Part shown: positions 53,927 through 64,000 of the stretch, piece by piece | Numbering within the stretch: the first letter of the stretch is position 1 | Layout of the letters: every line of letters begins with the position of its first letter | The notes under the pieces: model-generated | What the model was told of the DNA's origin: nothing | The model's input: only the letters and a program-made list of their open reading frames with translations | Databases searched by the model: none | Program-made: the position numbers and the translations under genes | Assembly (NCBI GenBank): GCA_016213845.1 | Contig: JACQZN010000049.1 | Coordinates: forward strand, 15,574-79,573 | Direction of reading: 5' to 3' | DNA from: Candidatus Wallbacteria bacterium | GTDB taxonomy: Bacteria; Muiribacteriota; UBA6191; JACPRK01 | Length of the DNA stretch: 64,000 nucleotides

Positions 53927-55108
53927 TCAGAACTGGAGCTGGAGTCCAGCGAACAGCCGGGAGCGATAGCCTTGCGGGATGGTCGATTGCAGGTTGATGG
54001 CGCCACTGAGATCCACCACCCAGTTGTTGCTCAGCTTCAACTTGAAGCCTGCCGACGCGTCGACGTTCTCGCCGTTGCTCTGCCAGTCGAATCCGTTGAG
54101 CTCCAGCACCAGGTCGAGCTTGCGGTTGGCCTGGAGGTCGACGCCAAGGTTGTAGAAAGTGATGTCGGGCACCCCCGAGTTGGTGCGGTCGAGGCCGTTG
54201 ACGAAGAGCGCGCCGAACTCCCCGTGGATGCCGGTGTTGCGCATGCGCTTGGTGAAGTTGAAGGCACCGACGTAGTCGACGCCGCTCGAGCCGAAGCGCG
54301 TCACGACCTTCTTGGCGCCGTTGCGCATCCCAAGCGTGGCGGCGAAGCTCACCTTCGACTCCGGGTTGTCGTAGAAGCGGTACTTGGTGAGCGCGCCGAA
54401 GTCCATCAGGCCGAACGTGTTGAAGTCCGGGATCAGGGGGAAGTTGCGGCCTTCCTCGTCGACGATGCTGTACTGGATCGAGATCTCCAGATCGTGAGCC
54501 GGAACGAAGGCGTAGGCAAACGGGAAGATCAGCTGCTCTATCTTCTGGTTGGGTAACAACGGAGCGCCGAAGCTGCGCTTGAAGACGGTGTAGTCGACGC
54601 CTGAGCGGAAGTGTATGAAGCCCTTCGCGGGGACCTCCGCCGTTATGGTTTGCCCCAGACCCGTCAATCCCCGCTGCGAGAGCGTGAAGAAACGCGGGTG
54701 CACGTGGCGGGGGGCGAAGACGAAGTCCTCCACGTCGTCGAAACCGCGTTCCTCCTTGCGCGCCTCCTTGCCTCGGTACGGCTCCGTCGGCCCCTCGAAG
54801 GACTGCGAGCGCTTCGGATACGCTTGCGACAGTGTCCGGTTCTCGAACCCCGTCGGACGCGGGAGCTGGCGCTCCTCGGCCAGGCCCGGGATGACGGGCG
54901 GCGGGATCGCCCTGGGGCTTTGTTGCACGGGCGGCGGCTCCAGCTGGCGGCTCTGGTCGAGCGCCTGCTCCAGGTGGTCGCCGAACCCGTACTTCTTGAG
55001 CTCCTCGTTGGAGACGGCCAGGACCGGCGCCGTCGCGGATAGCGCGATCGCCGCAGCCAGTACGGGCAACAGCGGCCCCGGGCGCCATGGGCGTCGAGGA
55101 TGAGTCAC
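53927..55108 (-). CDS. Putative outer-membrane beta-barrel protein
   Basis: Signal peptide; alternating aromatic beta-strands; GLTGL motif; C-terminal LFAGLQLQF (BAM-type signal). Confidence 0.78.
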   Translation of the reverse strand: MTHPRRPWRPGPLLPVLAAAIALSATAPVLAVSNEELKKYGFGDHLEQALDQSRQLEPPPVQQSPRAIPPPVIPGLAEERQLPRPTGFENRTLSQAYPKRSQSFEGPTEPYRGKEARKEERGFDDVEDFVFAPRHVHPRFFTLSQRGLTGLGQTITAEVPAKGFIHFRSGVDYTVFKRSFGAPLLPNQKIEQLIFPFAYAFVPAHDLEISIQYSIVDEEGRNFPLIPDFNTFGLMDFGALTKYRFYDNPESKVSFAATLGMRNGAKKVVTRFGSSGVDYVGAFNFTKRMRNTGIHGEFGALFVNGLDRTNSGVPDITFYNLGVDLQANRKLDLVLELNGFDWQSNGENVDASAGFKLKLSNNWVVDLSGAINLQSTIPQGYRSRLFAGLQLQF

Positions 55109-55142
55109 GTCATGACTATCGGCACTTGCCGTTACAGCGAGA

Positions 55143-56564
55143 GTGCCGCTAGTGTTGCCCGCGGGAGTCCACTTGGTTTCAATCGTCATCCCAGTCCTCA
55201 ACGAAGCGGCCGCCGCCGGCGCATGCCTCGACAGGCTGCGCCACTGGTGCCCCCCCAACGAGCTCATCGTGGCCGACGGCGGCAGCACGGACGGCACGCT
55301 GCAAGAGGTGGCGCGCCGCCCATGGGCCACGCTGGTCGACTGCCCGGCGGGTCGAGGCGCCCAGATGAACGCCGCCGCCGCACGTGCCCGCCACGAGACG
55401 CTGCTCTTTCTCCACGCGGATACCACGTTGCCCGAGGATGCCTTCGACGCCATCGCGCGGGCGCTCGAATCCCCCGACGTGGTCGGCGGCGGATTTCTCA
55501 AGCGCTATGACCCGGCCCCCCCGGTGCTCCTGGCCACCGAATGGCTTCTCAACCACGTGCGAGCCTCGCTCATGCGCGACCTGGTCGGGACCAACGCCAT
55601 CTTCGTGCGCGCACGGGACTTCCGGGCGCTCGGCGGGTATCGCGAGTGGCCGTTGCTGGAGGACGTCGACTTCTGCGACAGACTGAAGCGGCGCGGGCGG
55701 CTGGCCATCCTGCCCGGGCCGGTGCGGGTCTCGCCACGGAAGTACGTGAAGGAAGGAGCCTGGAGGCGCACGTGGGTCAACGCCCGGGTGATGTTCGGGT
55801 ACCGCGTGTTGAGCGAATCCCCGGAAGCACTGGCCCGGCTCTACGGGCGACCGGTTCGGCGCCCGCAGGCGTCAGCGGCTTCCATCAGCTTCGTCATCCC
55901 GACGCTGAACGAGGAAAAATGCCTCGCCAGATGTCTCGAGTCGATTGACCCGGCGGCGACCCAGGGAGTCGAGGTCATCGTCGCCGACGGCGGCAGCACG
56001 GACAGCACCGAGCAGATCGCCCGGCAGAGACCGGCAGTGCGCTTTCTGGCCTGCCCGGGGCGGGGCCGGGCACTTCAGCTCAACGCGGGCGCCCGGCTCG
56101 CCTCGGGGAGCATCCTGGCGTTCTTGCATGCCGACTCCGTGCTGCCCGCGGGCGCCGTCGAGCGGATCCGCTCCCTGATGACCTCGCCGGACCCGCCCGC
56201 GGCCGGCGCCTTCGAGATCGAGCTCGAGGCTTCGGGCTGGCGATACCGCCTGATCGAGCGGCTGTCGAACCTGCGCAACCGCTGGATGCAGACACCGTAC
56301 GGCGACCAGTGCCTCTTCCTGGAGCGCGAGACATTCCTGGGGGCGGGAGGATTCCCCGAGCAACCGTTCCTCGAGGACCTAGCGCTGGGCCTGGCGCTTC
56401 GCCGGGTGGGAACCATCCGCTTTCTCGGCTCGCCGCCGGTGCTGACTTCGGCGAGGAGATTCACCACGCTCGGCCCCCTCGTGACGGCGTCGCGCAACGC
56501 GCTGATCGCTCTCCTCTACCGGCTGGGAGTGAGCGCATCGACCTTGCAGCGTCTCTACGGATGA
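55143..56564 (+). CDS. Tandem double GT2 glycosyltransferase (two TIGR04283-like domains)
   Basis: Two complete copies of S.VIP.LNE...IVADGGSTD.T...GR..Q.NA.A...FLHAD...LED...S.R. Confidence 0.88.
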   Translation: MPLVLPAGVHLVSIVIPVLNEAAAAGACLDRLRHWCPPNELIVADGGSTDGTLQEVARRPWATLVDCPAGRGAQMNAAAARARHETLLFLHADTTLPEDAFDAIARALESPDVVGGGFLKRYDPAPPVLLATEWLLNHVRASLMRDLVGTNAIFVRARDFRALGGYREWPLLEDVDFCDRLKRRGRLAILPGPVRVSPRKYVKEGAWRRTWVNARVMFGYRVLSESPEALARLYGRPVRRPQASAASISFVIPTLNEEKCLARCLESIDPAATQGVEVIVADGGSTDSTEQIARQRPAVRFLACPGRGRALQLNAGARLASGSILAFLHADSVLPAGAVERIRSLMTSPDPPAAGAFEIELEASGWRYRLIERLSNLRNRWMQTPYGDQCLFLERETFLGAGGFPEQPFLEDLALGLALRRVGTIRFLGSPPVLTSARRFTTLGPLVTASRNALIALLYRLGVSASTLQRLYG

Positions 56565-56629
56565 GCGCCAGGCGCACTTTGCTATGATGAATCTTCGAGG
56601 TGAAAACACTCTCGAGAGGCCGGACCCGG

Positions 56630-57721
56630 ATGCCGCGAGCGGCGGCGATGGCGGCGGCCCTGACGCTGATGGCTCCCCAGATGGGCTGGACCTCCCCCAA
56701 GGACTGGGAGCTCGCTTTCGAGCTCTCGAGCGGCAGCGCGGTGAACGCTCCGTGGAGGGCGGGGGCCCGGGAGCTTTCGGCGCGCGCCCAGCAGGCTGGC
56801 ACGCCGGGGATCTGGACCAGCCCCGCCATCGAGGCTGCCGTCCCGTTCTCTGCCGCTGTCGTCTCGTGGAACGCTCGCACGCCTCCCGGGACCCGGCTGC
56901 GGGTCGAGGCGCGCGCCTTTCGCGAGGGCGGCTGGAGCCCCTGGTGCCGTCTGGCGACCTGGTCGGGTGACGCGCCAGAAGCGCCGATCCGGCGGCGGCC
57001 GCCGCCCTGGGCGGAACCCTCGGGCCAGGGTGTCCGGCTGGACGTCGACACGCTGCTTGCGAGGCCTCCCGGAGCCACAGCCCTGCAGTGCCGGCTTTCG
57101 TTCTTCGGCTCCCCTGCGGGCCCACGGCCGCGGGTTCGCGCCCTTTGCGCGGTGCTGACAGCAACCGGCGCAGCCCAGGGCCGGGCGGAGACGGCTACGG
57201 ACCTGGCGCCGATCGAGCTGGACGTACCCTATCGGTCCCAACGGGCCGAGGAACGGTCGATCGCGTCGCGCATCTGCTGCCCGACCTCGCTGTCGATGGC
57301 GATGGCCTGGCTCGGGAAGGCACTCCCCACGAAGTCGGTGGCGCTGCGCTGCTATGACCCGGCCCACGACCTCTTCGGCAACTGGTCCTTCGCCGCCGCG
57401 GCGGCCGGGGAGCTCGGCTTCGACGCGCGCGTCACGCGGCTGCGGGACTGGGCGGCCGTACGCAGGTACCTGGAGCGGGGAGTACCCGTCATCGTCAGCA
57501 TCGGATTCGAGGCGGGCGGCCTGGACGGCTCGCCGATGAAAAACGGGACGGCGGGGCACCTCATTCTCGTGCGCGGGTTCACCTCCGACGGCCGCGTGCT
57601 GGTCAACGACCCAGCGGGCGCCGACGCGGTCACGGGGCAGCTCGCCTACCGTGCAGACCAGCTTCTGGCTGCGTGGAGGAATGGCGCCGCCATCGTCGTC
57701 GAGCCACCCGCGGACCGCTGA
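56630..57721 (+). CDS. C39-like cysteine peptidase, probably secreted
   Basis: LDVPYRSQ, ICCPTS, GNWSF, GHLILVRGF and VNDPA motifs. Confidence 0.88.
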   Translation: MPRAAAMAAALTLMAPQMGWTSPKDWELAFELSSGSAVNAPWRAGARELSARAQQAGTPGIWTSPAIEAAVPFSAAVVSWNARTPPGTRLRVEARAFREGGWSPWCRLATWSGDAPEAPIRRRPPPWAEPSGQGVRLDVDTLLARPPGATALQCRLSFFGSPAGPRPRVRALCAVLTATGAAQGRAETATDLAPIELDVPYRSQRAEERSIASRICCPTSLSMAMAWLGKALPTKSVALRCYDPAHDLFGNWSFAAAAAGELGFDARVTRLRDWAAVRRYLERGVPVIVSIGFEAGGLDGSPMKNGTAGHLILVRGFTSDGRVLVNDPAGADAVTGQLAYRADQLLAAWRNGAAIVVEPPADR

Positions 57722-58842
57722 TGGCGAGGTCCGGCATACTGCTGGCCGGCCGCTTCGACGCCTTCGAGAAGCGGGGCGGCGACACGGTGCAGATGCTCGA
57801 GACCGCCGCAGCACTGGTGCGGCGCGGCCGGGTCGCGCGCGTCACGACCGAGCTGGAGCCCCAGTTGGGCGGCGTCGAGCTCGTGCACCTCTTCAACTGG
57901 ACCCGCATCGGTGAGACGGCCCATCGACTGGCACTGGCCAGGCGGGCCGGAGTGCCGTGCGTGGTGACCCCCATCCATCAGGAGCTGGCGGAGTACGACG
58001 CCCGCGGGCGACGCGGCATCGGCCGCTGGGCGGCTCGCTGGCTGGGGCGCGAGGGGCTCGAACAAGCGCGGGTCGTGGCGCACGCGACGAGGAACCCGGC
58101 CATGCGACGCGTCGCGGCGCGGCAGCTGGCGGGCGGATATGGCGCGTTGCAGCGGCAGGTGCTGGCCGGCTGCCGGGCCGTCATCTTCGCTTCCGAGGGA
58201 GAGCGGCGCGCCCTCGAGGCCGCCGGCGCAGAGCCGGCGCTGGCGCGCGTCGTACCGCTCGGCATCTCGCCCGAGTTTCGCGACGCGACGCCCCAGACGT
58301 GGCACGCGCGACATCCGGCGCGGGACTTCGTGCTCTGTGCTGCTCGGGTGGAAGATCTCAAGAACCAGCTCGCCCTGCTCGAGGCGCTCCGCGGAATCTC
58401 CGTGCCGATCGTCTTCGCCGGTGACCTCAACCCCTCGCACCGAGCCTACGGGCGCGACTTCGTGCGCGCCGTCGCCGCTCGACCGGACACGTTTCATCTT
58501 CCGGCTCTGGATAGACCCTCGCTGGCCTCCGCCATGGCCGCCGCCCGAGTCCACGCGCTGCCGAGCTGGGTAGAGAACGTCGGCCTGGCCTCGCTGGAGG
58601 CCGCCGCCGCTGGCGCTGCCGTGGTCAGCACCGACCGTGGGCATCTGCGCGAGTACCTGGGCGACCAGGCACGATACTGCGACCCGGGCGATCTCGGGTC
58701 GATCCGACGGGCGGTCCTGGCAGCCCTGGAAGACGGCAGGCAGGAGGCGCTCCGCGAGCCCACGGCCGCCCGCTTCAGCTGGGACCACACGGCCGAGCTG
58801 CTCGATTCCCTGTACGAACAGGTCCTCGGCGTCGTTGCATGA
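57721..58842 (+). CDS. GT4-family glycosyltransferase
   Basis: GGDTVQM, VHLFN, RVEDLKNQL and LPSWVENVGLASLEAAAAG motifs. Confidence 0.9.
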   Translation: MARSGILLAGRFDAFEKRGGDTVQMLETAAALVRRGRVARVTTELEPQLGGVELVHLFNWTRIGETAHRLALARRAGVPCVVTPIHQELAEYDARGRRGIGRWAARWLGREGLEQARVVAHATRNPAMRRVAARQLAGGYGALQRQVLAGCRAVIFASEGERRALEAAGAEPALARVVPLGISPEFRDATPQTWHARHPARDFVLCAARVEDLKNQLALLEALRGISVPIVFAGDLNPSHRAYGRDFVRAVAARPDTFHLPALDRPSLASAMAAARVHALPSWVENVGLASLEAAAAGAAVVSTDRGHLREYLGDQARYCDPGDLGSIRRAVLAALEDGRQEALREPTAARFSWDHTAELLDSLYEQVLGVVA

Positions 58843-60950
58843 CGGCCGACTTTGAGGTTGGATCCTGCCTGCCCGAAGCCCAGAACGTGCAGCTCTCCGT
58901 AGTCATCGTCAACTTCGACACCTCCGCCTACCTGCGCGAGGCCATCCGCTCCGTGCTACGCGAGAGCGAGGGGCTCTCCTCCGAGTGCATCGTCGTCGAC
59001 AATCACTCCCCGGACGGCTCCGCGGCGATGGTGCGCCGGGAGTTCCCGCAGGTCCGGCTCATCGCCAACTCGGTCAACGTCGGATTCTCCACCGGCGTCA
59101 ATCAGGGAATCACCGCTTCCCGCGGCCGCTACCTGCTGGTGCTCAACGCCGACACCGTCGCCCTCGAAGGCTCGCTCCGGGAGCTACTCGACTTCGCCGA
59201 CGAGCATCCCGAGTGCGGCATCACCGGTCCTCGTCTCGAGTACCCCGACGGCCGGCTGCAGCCCAGCTGCCGCACGTTTTACAGCTTCAAGACGCTGATG
59301 CTGCGCCGCACGGCCCTCGGCAAGCTCTTCCCCGAGGCCCCGGAAATCCGGCGCCACCTGATGCTCGACTGGCACCACGATTCCGTGCGCGAGGTCGACT
59401 GGGTGCTGGGCGCAGCAATGCTGGTGCGGCGGCGGGCACTGGAGCAGATCGGCTGGATGGACGAGCGCTACTTCCTCTACCTGGAGGACGTCGACTGGTG
59501 CTACCGCATGAAGCAGGCAGGCTGGAAGGTCCTCTTCTGCCCGCGCGCTCGCATCGTCCACCACTATCGCCAAGGCAGCCGCGACGCCGGCCTTCTCAAC
59601 CCGGATCTCTGGATTCACCTGGAGAGCGCGGTCCGCTATTACGACAAGTGGGGCGAAGCCGCCTACCTCCTCAAGCGCTATCTCTCCCCGCTGCGGCTAC
59701 CGGCTTCGCTTGCGGCGGACGGGCTCCTGCTCACCTGGGCGCTCTGGGGATTGACCGATCTCCCGTGGTCGATGGCGCCGCCCGCAGTGGTGCTGCTCAC
59801 GGCCTGGTGGCTCGGCCACTACCGGCTGCGCGGCAACGAGGGAATCGCGGAGCTGGTCTGGCGCGCGCTGGGCAACGTGCTGATCGGGCTCCTGGCATCG
59901 GGGCTCTTCTACTGGACCACGCGCGTGCCGGTCCCGCACATGTTCCGTTCGCGGCTGGCGCTGGTGAAGGCGCTGCCCAGCGCTGTGCTGGCGCTCTCGC
60001 TGTCTCGATGGGGCATCCTGACGATAAAACGGTGGCTGACCCGCAGGCGCCTGACGCTGCGCCGGGCCGTCATCGTCGGCACCGGCGAGCGGGCGGCGGC
60101 GCTGGCCGAGGCGCTCGAGGCAGACCCCAACCTGGGATATGACGTCGCCGGCTTCGTCGGCACTCCTGGGGCCGCCGCGCCCATTCTGGGTGGACCCGAG
60201 GAGCTGCCGGACCTGGCCAGCGCGGTTCGCGCGCAGGAGGTCATCTTCGTCCAGGGCGACGGCGGCTTGGAACCGCTGATGGGGCCCGTGGTCGCCTGCC
60301 GCAAGGTCCCGCTGGACGTGAAGATCGTGCTCGCCTCCCCCGAGGCCTACTTGCTTTCGGGCAGCCTGATCGACCTCGGCGACTTTTCCGCCATCGACCT
60401 GCCAGGAACGCCGCTCGACGATCTGTCGCGGGCGATGAAGCGCGGGATGGACCTGTTCGTTTCCGGCGCTGCGCTCTGCGTGCTGGCGCCGGCGCTGGGA
60501 GCGATCGCCGCCTGCCTGCGCGCCACCGACGGGGGACCCGCACTCGTCGAGATCGAGCACGTCGGCGCCGACGAGCGCCCGTTCCGGCTCCTGCGATTCC
60601 GCACGACCCCCGAGGGCGAGGCGACCGAGCGAGGCGCCTCGGCGCTGCAGCGATTGCTGCTGCGGACACGCCTCGACAAGCTGCCGGAGCTGCTCAACGT
60701 GTTGGCCGGCGACATGAGCCTGGTCGGCCCCAGGCCGCCGCTCCCCGAGGAGGTCGCCGGCTACCGCGACTGGCACCACTCGCGCTTTTCGGAGCGCCCA
60801 GGCATCACGGGCCTGTGGCAAGTGGAGAAGACCCGCAAGTGGCGCTTCGACCAGATGGTGCGCCTGGACCTCTACTACGTGCTCCATCGCAGCCTGGCGC
60901 TGGACCTGCAGATCCTGCTGAAGACCTTCGTGATGATGCTGGCCGGGTGA
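58839..60950 (+). CDS. Fusion of GT2 (WbbL-like) with a WcaJ/WbaP-like polyprenyl phosphoglycosyltransferase
   Basis: N-terminal VVDN.S.DGS, N.GF..G.N, LNAD and DERYFLYLEDVDWC; 4 TM helices; IVGTGE Rossmann-like motif; LDKLPEL.NVL.GDMSLVGPRP, RPGITGLWQV, LDLYY. Confidence 0.9.
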   Translation: MTADFEVGSCLPEAQNVQLSVVIVNFDTSAYLREAIRSVLRESEGLSSECIVVDNHSPDGSAAMVRREFPQVRLIANSVNVGFSTGVNQGITASRGRYLLVLNADTVALEGSLRELLDFADEHPECGITGPRLEYPDGRLQPSCRTFYSFKTLMLRRTALGKLFPEAPEIRRHLMLDWHHDSVREVDWVLGAAMLVRRRALEQIGWMDERYFLYLEDVDWCYRMKQAGWKVLFCPRARIVHHYRQGSRDAGLLNPDLWIHLESAVRYYDKWGEAAYLLKRYLSPLRLPASLAADGLLLTWALWGLTDLPWSMAPPAVVLLTAWWLGHYRLRGNEGIAELVWRALGNVLIGLLASGLFYWTTRVPVPHMFRSRLALVKALPSAVLALSLSRWGILTIKRWLTRRRLTLRRAVIVGTGERAAALAEALEADPNLGYDVAGFVGTPGAAAPILGGPEELPDLASAVRAQEVIFVQGDGGLEPLMGPVVACRKVPLDVKIVLASPEAYLLSGSLIDLGDFSAIDLPGTPLDDLSRAMKRGMDLFVSGAALCVLAPALGAIAACLRATDGGPALVEIEHVGADERPFRLLRFRTTPEGEATERGASALQRLLLRTRLDKLPELLNVLAGDMSLVGPRPPLPEEVAGYRDWHHSRFSERPGITGLWQVEKTRKWRFDQMVRLDLYYVLHRSLALDLQILLKTFVMMLAG

Positions 60951-61094
60951 GGCGGGCGAAGGGTCCGGCGAGTGCGGGGGCCCGTTGCGCTCCTGACAAG
61001 GCCGCAGCCCGGCCGTTCCCTGAGGCTCCCGCTACGGAGCGACTGCTGCGCGTCACACTCGGAGTGAAGCGATTCGGCTAGACTGCAATCGAAG

Positions 61095-64000
61095 ATGGCT
61101 CGTATTCTCGTCGTCGACGACAGCATCGAGTCCCGCCAACTACTTCGCGAGTTGCTGAGCTGGGCCGGCCACGACGTGTTCGAGGCCGACGACGGGGCCG
61201 TCGCGCTGGAGCGACTCCGGGACCACCCGGTCGATCTCGTCGTGAGCGATATCCTGATGCCCGTCCTCTCTGGACCGGAGCTGGTCGCACGCATGCGCGC
61301 CTTGCCTGCCTTCAGAGGGATTCCCGTCGTCTTCTGGACGGCGAGCTACCTGGAGGACGAGGCCCAAGCATTGGCCCAGGAGTGCGGAGCGGCCTGCGTG
61401 ATCATGAAGTCGGGGGACTTGCCGAAGACGCTGGAGAGGATCGTTGGCGCTCTGCCGGCCGGCGTAGCGCCTGTCAGCCCGCGGGGCCGTCCCGACAAAG
61501 TCGAGCCGGTTCCCAGGTCGGCCGAGATCGCGTCGTCGCGCCTTCGGGATGGCCCGAGCACTCGTCTGTTGGACCTGATCGACCGGATCCGCGAGATCTC
61601 CGCGGCCAGCGGCCCGCAAGCCGTGCTCGACCAGGCGTGCCGCGGAGCGCGGTTGCTCGTCGCCTCCGGACGAGTGCACTGCTGCGTGGACTGGGGCGGC
61701 CGGACGATCAGTTCGGATTCGATGCCCGATGCACCCGATGCGGAGGTACCACTTGGCCTGGACCTGAAAGCCCTGTGTCACTCGGGGCGCATCGGCAGCG
61801 CGATTCGCCTTCCCGGAGACGAGGACTCCACAGGTTCCATCGCACTGCTGGACCGCTCGAGGGGTCAGAATTCCCTTCTGGGCGTGCCGTTCGCCACCGG
61901 GGGCGCAGGCCACGGAGTCCTGCTCTTCCTGCAGAAGCTGGGGCTGCCCGAATTCACGTCGAACGACGTGGAGATGGCGCGCATTCTGGCGAACCACCTG
62001 GGCGTCACGCTCGACCGACTCTGGCTGCTGGAGAGTATTCAGCGCTCGGAAGAGCGTCATCGAAGCCTCCTCGAGCAGGTTCCGGCCATGCTCTACTGAG
62101 TCGAGGGGCCGGACCTGAGGCAGTCGACCTACGTCAGTCCACACATCGAGACCATGCTGGGCTGCACACCCGCGGAGTGGATGGAGTCGGCCCGGGCGCT
62201 CTGGCTCGAGTTCCTGTCGCCGCTCGACCGCGACCGGGTCCAGGCCGAGATCTGCGGTGAGGGCGGTACCAGAGGCAGCTGGGATGTCGAGTACCGCATG
62301 CAGCCGCGGAGCGGTGGCGAGATCTGGGTGCGGGACACGGCCCGGATCATCACACGACCTGACGGCTCACGGGAGATCGTCGGTATCGCGCGCGATATCA
62401 CGGACTGGAAGGCCGGCGAGCAAGCGCTGCGCCGGCGCGCGCGGCAAGACGAAGCGCTGGTTCGCATCGCGAAAATGGCCCTATCGGGCCGCAGTCCGGC
62501 CGTCCTCAGCGACGAAGCCGTGAGGCTCGTTCGGGATACGTTGGAGACAGACTCTGCATTGCTGCTGGAGCGCGTGCCCGAATGTGAGTATGCGATCGTG
62601 CGCGCCTCGGCGGGGCTGCCGCCCGGGAGGCCCGCGCCCGACGTTGCTCCGATACCCCCAGGCAGCCAGCTCCACTTCGTCATCCACTCGGCCAGTCCGG
62701 TCTCGACGGAGGACCTGAAATCGGAGACGCGCTTTGCGCCCAGCCCGACGCTGCTCGAGATGGGAGTCAGGGGCTACCTCGGCGTCGGCCTGGGAGGGGG
62801 CCGGGGAAGCCTCTCCGTGAGTAGCGTCCGCTGCCGCCGTTTCAGCCTGGAGGATGCCGCCTTCCTGCAGTCGGTGGCCGGAATTTTCTCCATGGGGTTG
62901 CAGCGCGAGCGGGCGGAGAAGCAGCTCTCTGCTCTGACGGAACAGCTCCAAGCGCTTGTCGCGTCCACCTCACTGTTGATGAACCTGGCTTCCGTCTCCG
63001 ACGCGGCCACTGTTTCGGAAGTGCTTCGCAACACCGGCGGAGACGATGCAGGCGGGCCCGTCAGTGTGGAGGAATTGCTCTCACGGCTTTCCGCGTCGGC
63101 GAAACTGCTCTCGCCGGCGGCACTCTCCCGTCCCGCAACGGCGGCCCGGCAAGCGCTCGCTGGCGGCGACGGTTTCGTCGCTTCTTCGCCTTCCATGCAG
63201 AGACTGCTGGAACAAGTGGCCATGGTCAGCCGTACGAGAGCGCCCGTGTTGCTACTCGGGGAGACTGGCACTGGCAAGGAGCGCATCGCGCGGCTGCTGC
63301 ACGAGAACAGCCCGCGTACTGCGGGTCCGTTCGTGCCGGTAGACTGCTGCGCCCTGGCAGAGAGTGTGCTCGATAGCGAGCTGTTCGGGCACGCCGCGGG
63401 CGCCTTCACCGGAGCGGCAAAGGCCCGGAGTGGCCTCATCGAGGCCGCAGCCGGTGGAACGCTCTTCCTCGACGAGATAGGTGACATCACGGCGGCCGTG
63501 CAATCCAAGCTGCTGAGAGTGCTTCAGAAGTCCGAGGTGCGGCGCATTGGCGAGAACCTGGGCCGCAAGATCGACGTGCGCTTCGTAGCCGCCACTAACC
63601 GAGACCTGGTAGCCCTGGTGCGCGAGAAGAAGTTCCGCGAGGACCTCTACTACCGCTTGAATGTCGTCACGCTGCGCCTGCCTCCGGTCCGCGAACGCCG
63701 GGAGGACATCCCGCTCTTGCTGTCCCACTTTCTCGACAGGGCAACTACTGAATGCGGCAAGCCCGCGCGCGGATTCAGTAAGGCCGCCTTGCATCGCGCC
63801 ATGAACCACCCGTGGCCCGGCAACGTGCGCGAGGTCGAGAATCGCATTCGGAGCGCCACCATCCTGGGCGGTGGGGAGAGGATCGACGAGCTCGACCTCT
63901 TCCCGGTCGTGGGACCCGAGCGCCTGCAGTTGGGGCGGGCGGCCTCCGGCGACGTCACGCTCGACCTGGAGTCGGCGGGGCTACAGCACGTCTTGCGCGT
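61095..64000 (+). pseudogene. REC-GAF-PAS-GAF-sigma54 AAA+ activator interrupted by one in-frame TGA (62097-62099); runs off the window end
   Basis: The same frame continues after the TGA: VPAMLY*VEGPDLRQSTYVSPHIETMLG...EYR...WVRD...RDITDWK (PAS), then GAF, GETGTGKE, SELFGH, GAFTGA and WPGNVRE. Confidence 0.75.

Noticed and set aside
53868-55088. N-terminal extension making a 906-aa TPR protein
   Set aside because: Overlaps the beta-barrel gene in another frame; the signal peptide begins at 53867
61095-64000. Genome-wide TGA reassignment
   Set aside because: Many genes in the window end at TGA with ATGA/GTGA coupling; only one internal TGA was seen

Overview
High-GC chromosomal window from a diderm bacterium. 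I found no rRNA, tRNA, CRISPR array, IS element or prophage. In order it holds: a partial secreted CARDB-repeat protein; coaD; a SNF2 (YqhH-like)/YqhG-like/TPR/HEAT cluster; a LysM protein; a creatininase-family enzyme; a 2799-aa Ig-repeat/NHL lipoprotein; an AttH/CrtC-like protein; sugar-nucleotide epimerases with a WecA-like transferase; a catalytically degenerate GspE/PilB-like protein; GldF/GldG/DUF4340 genes; ychF; three minor (pseudo)pilins; two-component and sigma54 regulators; glycosyltransferases; and a sigma54 activator interrupted by an in-frame TGA. The best candidate for an undescribed system is an intact but heavily remodelled flagellar export-gate operon (fliY/N-fliO-fliP-fliQ-fliR-flhB-flhA-flhG-flhG-flhF, 42482-51976). 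Compared with family consensus recalled from memory, FlhA lacks domain D2, FlhB stops at the autocleavage site, and FliP has lost its Met gasket, while the FlhF/FlhG positioning module is well conserved. Also notable are oriented heptamer tandem repeats at gene boundaries and sharp local flips in G- versus C-ending codon use. All family assignments come from motif recognition by eye; no database searches were run.
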